In this document: piece after piece, positions 25,478 to 28,723 of the stretch
Position numbering within the stretch: the stretch's first letter is position 1
Layout of the letters: every line of letters starts with the position of its first letter
DNA from: Moraxellaceae bacterium
GTDB taxonomy: Bacteria > Pseudomonadota > Gammaproteobacteria > Pseudomonadales > Moraxellaceae
Assembly: GCA_030146505.1 (NCBI GenBank)
Contig: JASLCO010000079.1
Location: 1 to 28,723 of the forward strand
Direction: 5' to 3'
DNA: 28,723 nt
Made by a program: the position numbers and the translations under genes
The notes under the pieces: model-generated
What the model was told of the DNA's origin: nothing
Databases searched by the model: none
The model's input: only the letters and a program-made list of their open reading frames with translations

Positions 25478-26089
25478 TCAACGTCGCGACACTGCCTTTT
25501 CATCCCGCACGTAAAACCGCAAAGGCCATTGCGCGGCGTCGCCCGCATAGTCCACGCCAACGCGCGGGGCAGCCACGCGCCGTTCCACGGGCACGGCATC
25601 GGCCTCTTCCAGCCACAACACATCCGACTGCAGGGAAAGCGCATCGTGCGAGCGGTCTATCGCCATGGCGCGACAGAGACGGCCGGGGCCGCTCAGCCAT
25701 TGCCAGGGCTTGAGGCGGGGAAAGCGTTCCTGCCAGAGCTCCTGCCCCGCTTCCGGAGACAGCGCGCGAATGAGCACGGCTTCCGGCTGGTCGCGGGGGC
25801 CTGTCACGGCATTGAGGCAGTGGTGCATGCCGTAGATGAAATACACATAGGCCACACCGCCTTCGGCATACATGGTTTCCGTGCGGGCGGTGCGGCGGCC
25901 ACCCGCGCTGTGCGCCGCCGGATCGTTCACGCCAAGATAGGCTTCGGTTTCGACAATGAGGCCGGAGAGCAGACGGCCATCCGGCAAACGCCGGCAGAGG
26001 CGCATGCCCAGGAGTTCCTGCGCCACCAGTGTGGTCTCGCGCCGGTAGAAACGGGCAGGAAGCACTGTCGGCTTTTTCATCCGTTTCAT
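25478..26089 (-). CDS. mpg: DNA-3-methyladenine glycosylase (MPG/AAG family)
   Basis: IVETEAY, YVYFIYGMHHCLN, AVLIRA, GPGRLC and RVGV; start 26089 or 26080. Confidence 0.93.
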   Translation of the reverse strand: MKRMKKPTVLPARFYRRETTLVAQELLGMRLCRRLPDGRLLSGLIVETEAYLGVNDPAAHSAGGRRTARTETMYAEGGVAYVYFIYGMHHCLNAVTGPRDQPEAVLIRALSPEAGQELWQERFPRLKPWQWLSGPGRLCRAMAIDRSHDALSLQSDVLWLEEADAVPVERRVAAPRVGVDYAGDAAQWPLRFYVRDEKAVSRR

Positions 26090-26847
26090 GCCGGCAGCAG
26101 ATCAAAGGCAAAACGGGACAGTTCACGCGCCCCTTTTTCGTCGAAGGTCTGCTCCACGAAGCAGGCGCGCTCGTGGCCCAGCAGCACGGCGCTGGATGCC
26201 CGCGTGCCATATTGCGGCGAGCGTATGAACAAGGGTGACAGCAGGCGCTCCATGGCCAGGCCCACGCCGGTGTCCGGCAGCGCCGTATCCGCCGCCTGCG
26301 CATCGTCCGCCCGCAGTTGCAGCAGCGCCTCCGGCACCAGCACCGGTGCCTGCAGGGCCTGCCGCAGGCCGACACGGGCTTTTTCCACCTTGGGCCAGGG
26401 CGTATCCAGCAGGTGATTGCTCAGCCCGTAGATGCCGGCCGACAGGCGCCGGGGAGCCATGCCGCGGTTACCCAGCACAACCAGCTCTTGCGGCGTGGCC
26501 AGCAGGAGATTGAAACCACCATATTGCCCGCCCTCGGCCGCCACCTGCTGTGCGTATTCCCAGGCACTGGCCCGGCCCTGCAGGAAGCGGCTCACCAGCA
26601 GGCCGCGCGAACGTTCGCCCGGTGCTGCCGCCGGGTCACGGTAATTGGTGAGCGCGGCAAACCGGCCCTGCCGCGTGAGCCCGAGCCAGGTGCCGCCCGC
26701 GGAGAGATCGCGGCCAGCCAGCATCTGCGGCGCCTCCGGCCAGAAGCGCGCCGGCAAGGCGGGACGGCGATGGAACTCGTCACGGTTGGCCATGACCACG
26801 AGAGGGAAGTCGGCATGGCTTTGCCACGCCAGCGCAATGAGGCACAT
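26086..26847 (-). CDS. NRDE (TANGO2) family protein
   Basis: MCL start, [29 protein letters not shown] and YGTR. Confidence 0.93.
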   Translation of the reverse strand: MCLIALAWQSHADFPLVVMANRDEFHRRPALPARFWPEAPQMLAGRDLSAGGTWLGLTRQGRFAALTNYRDPAAAPGERSRGLLVSRFLQGRASAWEYAQQVAAEGGQYGGFNLLLATPQELVVLGNRGMAPRRLSAGIYGLSNHLLDTPWPKVEKARVGLRQALQAPVLVPEALLQLRADDAQAADTALPDTGVGLAMERLLSPLFIRSPQYGTRASSAVLLGHERACFVEQTFDEKGARELSRFAFDLLPA

Positions 26848-26972
26848 GCGGATGTCCGGGTTACGAAAAGCGATTCATACACGGCACGGGCCATGGGAGA
26901 ATGCCCGGCCTGTTGTCATGCCACGGCCCTCTTGCACATCGCCCGGCCGCGGCCCAAAGGGAAGAAAACGTC

Positions 26973-27794
26973 TTGCTAGTCTACCCACATATTGACCCCG
27001 TCGCCGTGAGCCTGGGGCCGCTCAAGGTCCACTGGTACGGCCTCATGTACCTGTGCGGTTTCGCCGCCGGCTACGGCCTCGGCCTCTGGCGCGCCCGCCG
27101 CAGCCATGGCCTCTGGACCGACGAGATGCTCTCCGACATGGTGTTCTATGTCGCGCTCGGCGTGATTCTCGGCGGCCGCCTGGGCTATGTACTGTTCTAC
27201 GGTTTTCCGCGCTTCCTCAACGATCCGCTCTGGGCCTTCCGCGTGTGGGAAGGCGGCATGAGCTTCCACGGCGGCCTGCTCGGCGTGCTGGTGGCCATGG
27301 TCATTTTTGCCCGCCAGTACAAGAAGAAATGGCTGGACATCATGGACTTCGTGGCACCACTGGTGCCGCCCGGGATTTTCTTCGGCCGCCTCGGCAATTT
27401 CATCGGCGGCGAACTCTGGGGACGCCCCGTCGTCAATCCGGATTACCCGCTGGCCATGATTTTCCCGCATGTCGACATGCTGCCGCGCCATCCCTCGCAG
27501 CTTTATGAAGCCGCACTGGAAGGCGTGCTGCTGTTTGCCCTGCTGTGGTGGTATTCCTCCAAGCCGCGGCCACGCATGGCGGTGTCCGCACTTTTTCTCA
27601 TCGGCTACGGCCTTGCGCGCTTCACTGTGGAATTCTTCCGCATGCCGGATGCGGACAAGGGCTTCATCCTCTTCGACTGGATGACCATGGGCCAGATCCT
27701 CACCACGCCCATGATCCTGGGCGGCCTCGTGCTCATGTTGCTGGCCTACCGCAATGAGCGCCTCAACAAAACCAACGGAGTGCAGGCGTCGTGA
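26973..27794 (+). CDS. lgt: Prolipoprotein diacylglyceryl transferase
   Basis: [27 protein letters not shown] and HPSQLYE; TTG start inferred from the homolog-like N-terminus (M)[10 protein letters not shown]. Confidence 0.96.
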   Translation: MLVYPHIDPVAVSLGPLKVHWYGLMYLCGFAAGYGLGLWRARRSHGLWTDEMLSDMVFYVALGVILGGRLGYVLFYGFPRFLNDPLWAFRVWEGGMSFHGGLLGVLVAMVIFARQYKKKWLDIMDFVAPLVPPGIFFGRLGNFIGGELWGRPVVNPDYPLAMIFPHVDMLPRHPSQLYEAALEGVLLFALLWWYSSKPRPRMAVSALFLIGYGLARFTVEFFRMPDADKGFILFDWMTMGQILTTPMILGGLVLMLLAYRNERLNKTNGVQAS

Positions 27795-28585
27795 AACAGT
27801 ACCTGGATTTCATGCGCCATGTGCGCGAGCACGGCAGCTTCAAGTCGGACCGCACCGGCACCGGCACCTATTCGGTGTTCGGCTACCAGATGCGCTTCAA
27901 CCTGGCCGACGGTTTTCCCGCGCTCACCACGAAGAAGCTGCACCTGAAAAGCATCATCCACGAGTTGCTGTGGTTCCTGAAGGGCGACACCAATATCAGC
28001 TACCTCAAGGAAAACGGCGTTTCCATCTGGGATGAATGGGCCGACGAAAACGGCAACCTGGGGCCGGTCTACGGTTACCAGTGGCGCTCTTGGCCGGCCG
28101 CGGATGGCCGCCATATCGACCAGATCACCCAGGTCATCGAGCAGATAAAAGCCACGCCGGACTCACGCCGCCTGATTGTTTCGGCCTGGAATGTAGGCGA
28201 AATCCAGAACATGGCGCTGCCGCCCTGCCACGCTTTTTTCCAGTTCTATGTGGCTGACGGCAAGCTCTCCTGCCAGCTCTACCAGCGCAGCGCCGACATC
28301 TTCCTCGGCGTGCCTTTCAATATCGCCAGCTACGCCCTGCTGACCATGATGGTGGCGCAGGCCTGCAATCTCGAGCCCGGCGACTTCGTCTGGACCGGCG
28401 GCGACTGCCATCTCTACAGCAACCACCTGGAGCAGGCCGACCTGCAGCTCACGCGTGAACCGCTGGAGCTGCCACGGATGAAAATCAATCCGGACGTGAA
28501 AGACATCTTCGATTTCACCTTCGAGGATTTCACGCTGGAAGGTTACGAGCACCACGCCCATATCAAGGCACCGGTTGCTGTCTGA
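27791..28585 (+). CDS. thyA: Thymidylate synthase
   Basis: [30 protein letters not shown] and [17 protein letters not shown] overlap with lgt. Confidence 0.98.
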   Translation: MKQYLDFMRHVREHGSFKSDRTGTGTYSVFGYQMRFNLADGFPALTTKKLHLKSIIHELLWFLKGDTNISYLKENGVSIWDEWADENGNLGPVYGYQWRSWPAADGRHIDQITQVIEQIKATPDSRRLIVSAWNVGEIQNMALPPCHAFFQFYVADGKLSCQLYQRSADIFLGVPFNIASYALLTMMVAQACNLEPGDFVWTGGDCHLYSNHLEQADLQLTREPLELPRMKINPDVKDIFDFTFEDFTLEGYEHHAHIKAPVAV

Positions 28586-28599
28586 GCCCGTGTTCTTCC

Positions 28600-28670
28600 G
28601 TAGGAGCGGCTTCAGCCGCGAACCATGCGCACCAGAACAAGGCCAAAGGGGTCGCGGCTGAAGCACCTAC
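28600..28670. repeat. REP doublet, family A (right arm eroded)
   Basis: GTAGGAGCGGCTTCAGCCGCGA ... TCGCGGCTGAAGCACCTAC. Confidence 0.85.
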
Positions 28671-28723
28671 AAAGTTTTTACGTTTTAAAGATTAAGCACA
28701 CAATGAACGAAAAAAAAATACGC

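Noticed and set aside
14693..26416. Long alternative-frame or antisense ORFs (14693-15850, 17552-18412, 22466-23374, 25190-26416)
   Set aside because: They overlap better-supported genes or repeat elements and show no family motifs
1..28723. CRISPR array, tRNA/rRNA genes, IS transposase or prophage
   Set aside because: No regularly spaced repeat-spacer units, cloverleaf, transposase ORF or phage structural genes were seen

Overview
High-GC gammaproteobacterial chromosomal segment. The gene order (rimO next to glnL-glnG with no glnA; NRDE divergent from lgt-thyA) suggests a Moraxellaceae/Pseudomonadales-like organism, but this is inference only. Left third, housekeeping: lptM-lysA-dapF-DUF484-xerC, cyaY, an alpha/beta hydrolase, an OmpA-like beta-barrel, rimO and glnLG. 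Right end, housekeeping: mpg, NRDE, lgt and thyA. Middle (about 11-25 kb), envelope, lipid and signalling genes: (i) an ECF sigma / anti-sigma / DUF3106-like operon plus an upstream uncharacterised secreted repeat protein, both preceded by the same TGTCAACC-N15-CGTT motif, which is the strongest candidate for an undescribed system here; (ii) trmL; (iii) an OmpR-family pair whose kinase has a degenerate ATP-binding domain, followed by a PAP2 gene with phased YTCAC repeats upstream; (iv) a sterol-desaturase-family gene; (v) a vWA lipoprotein / ECF sigma / anti-sigma module; (vi) a holin-like 4-TM protein, a fatty-acid desaturase divergent from an ODP-like di-iron MBL protein, and a TPM protein. 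Intergenic spaces carry at least four families of REP-like palindromes, including a nested composite element present twice. I saw no tRNA, rRNA, CRISPR array or transposase. All calls come from reading motifs by eye; no searches were run.
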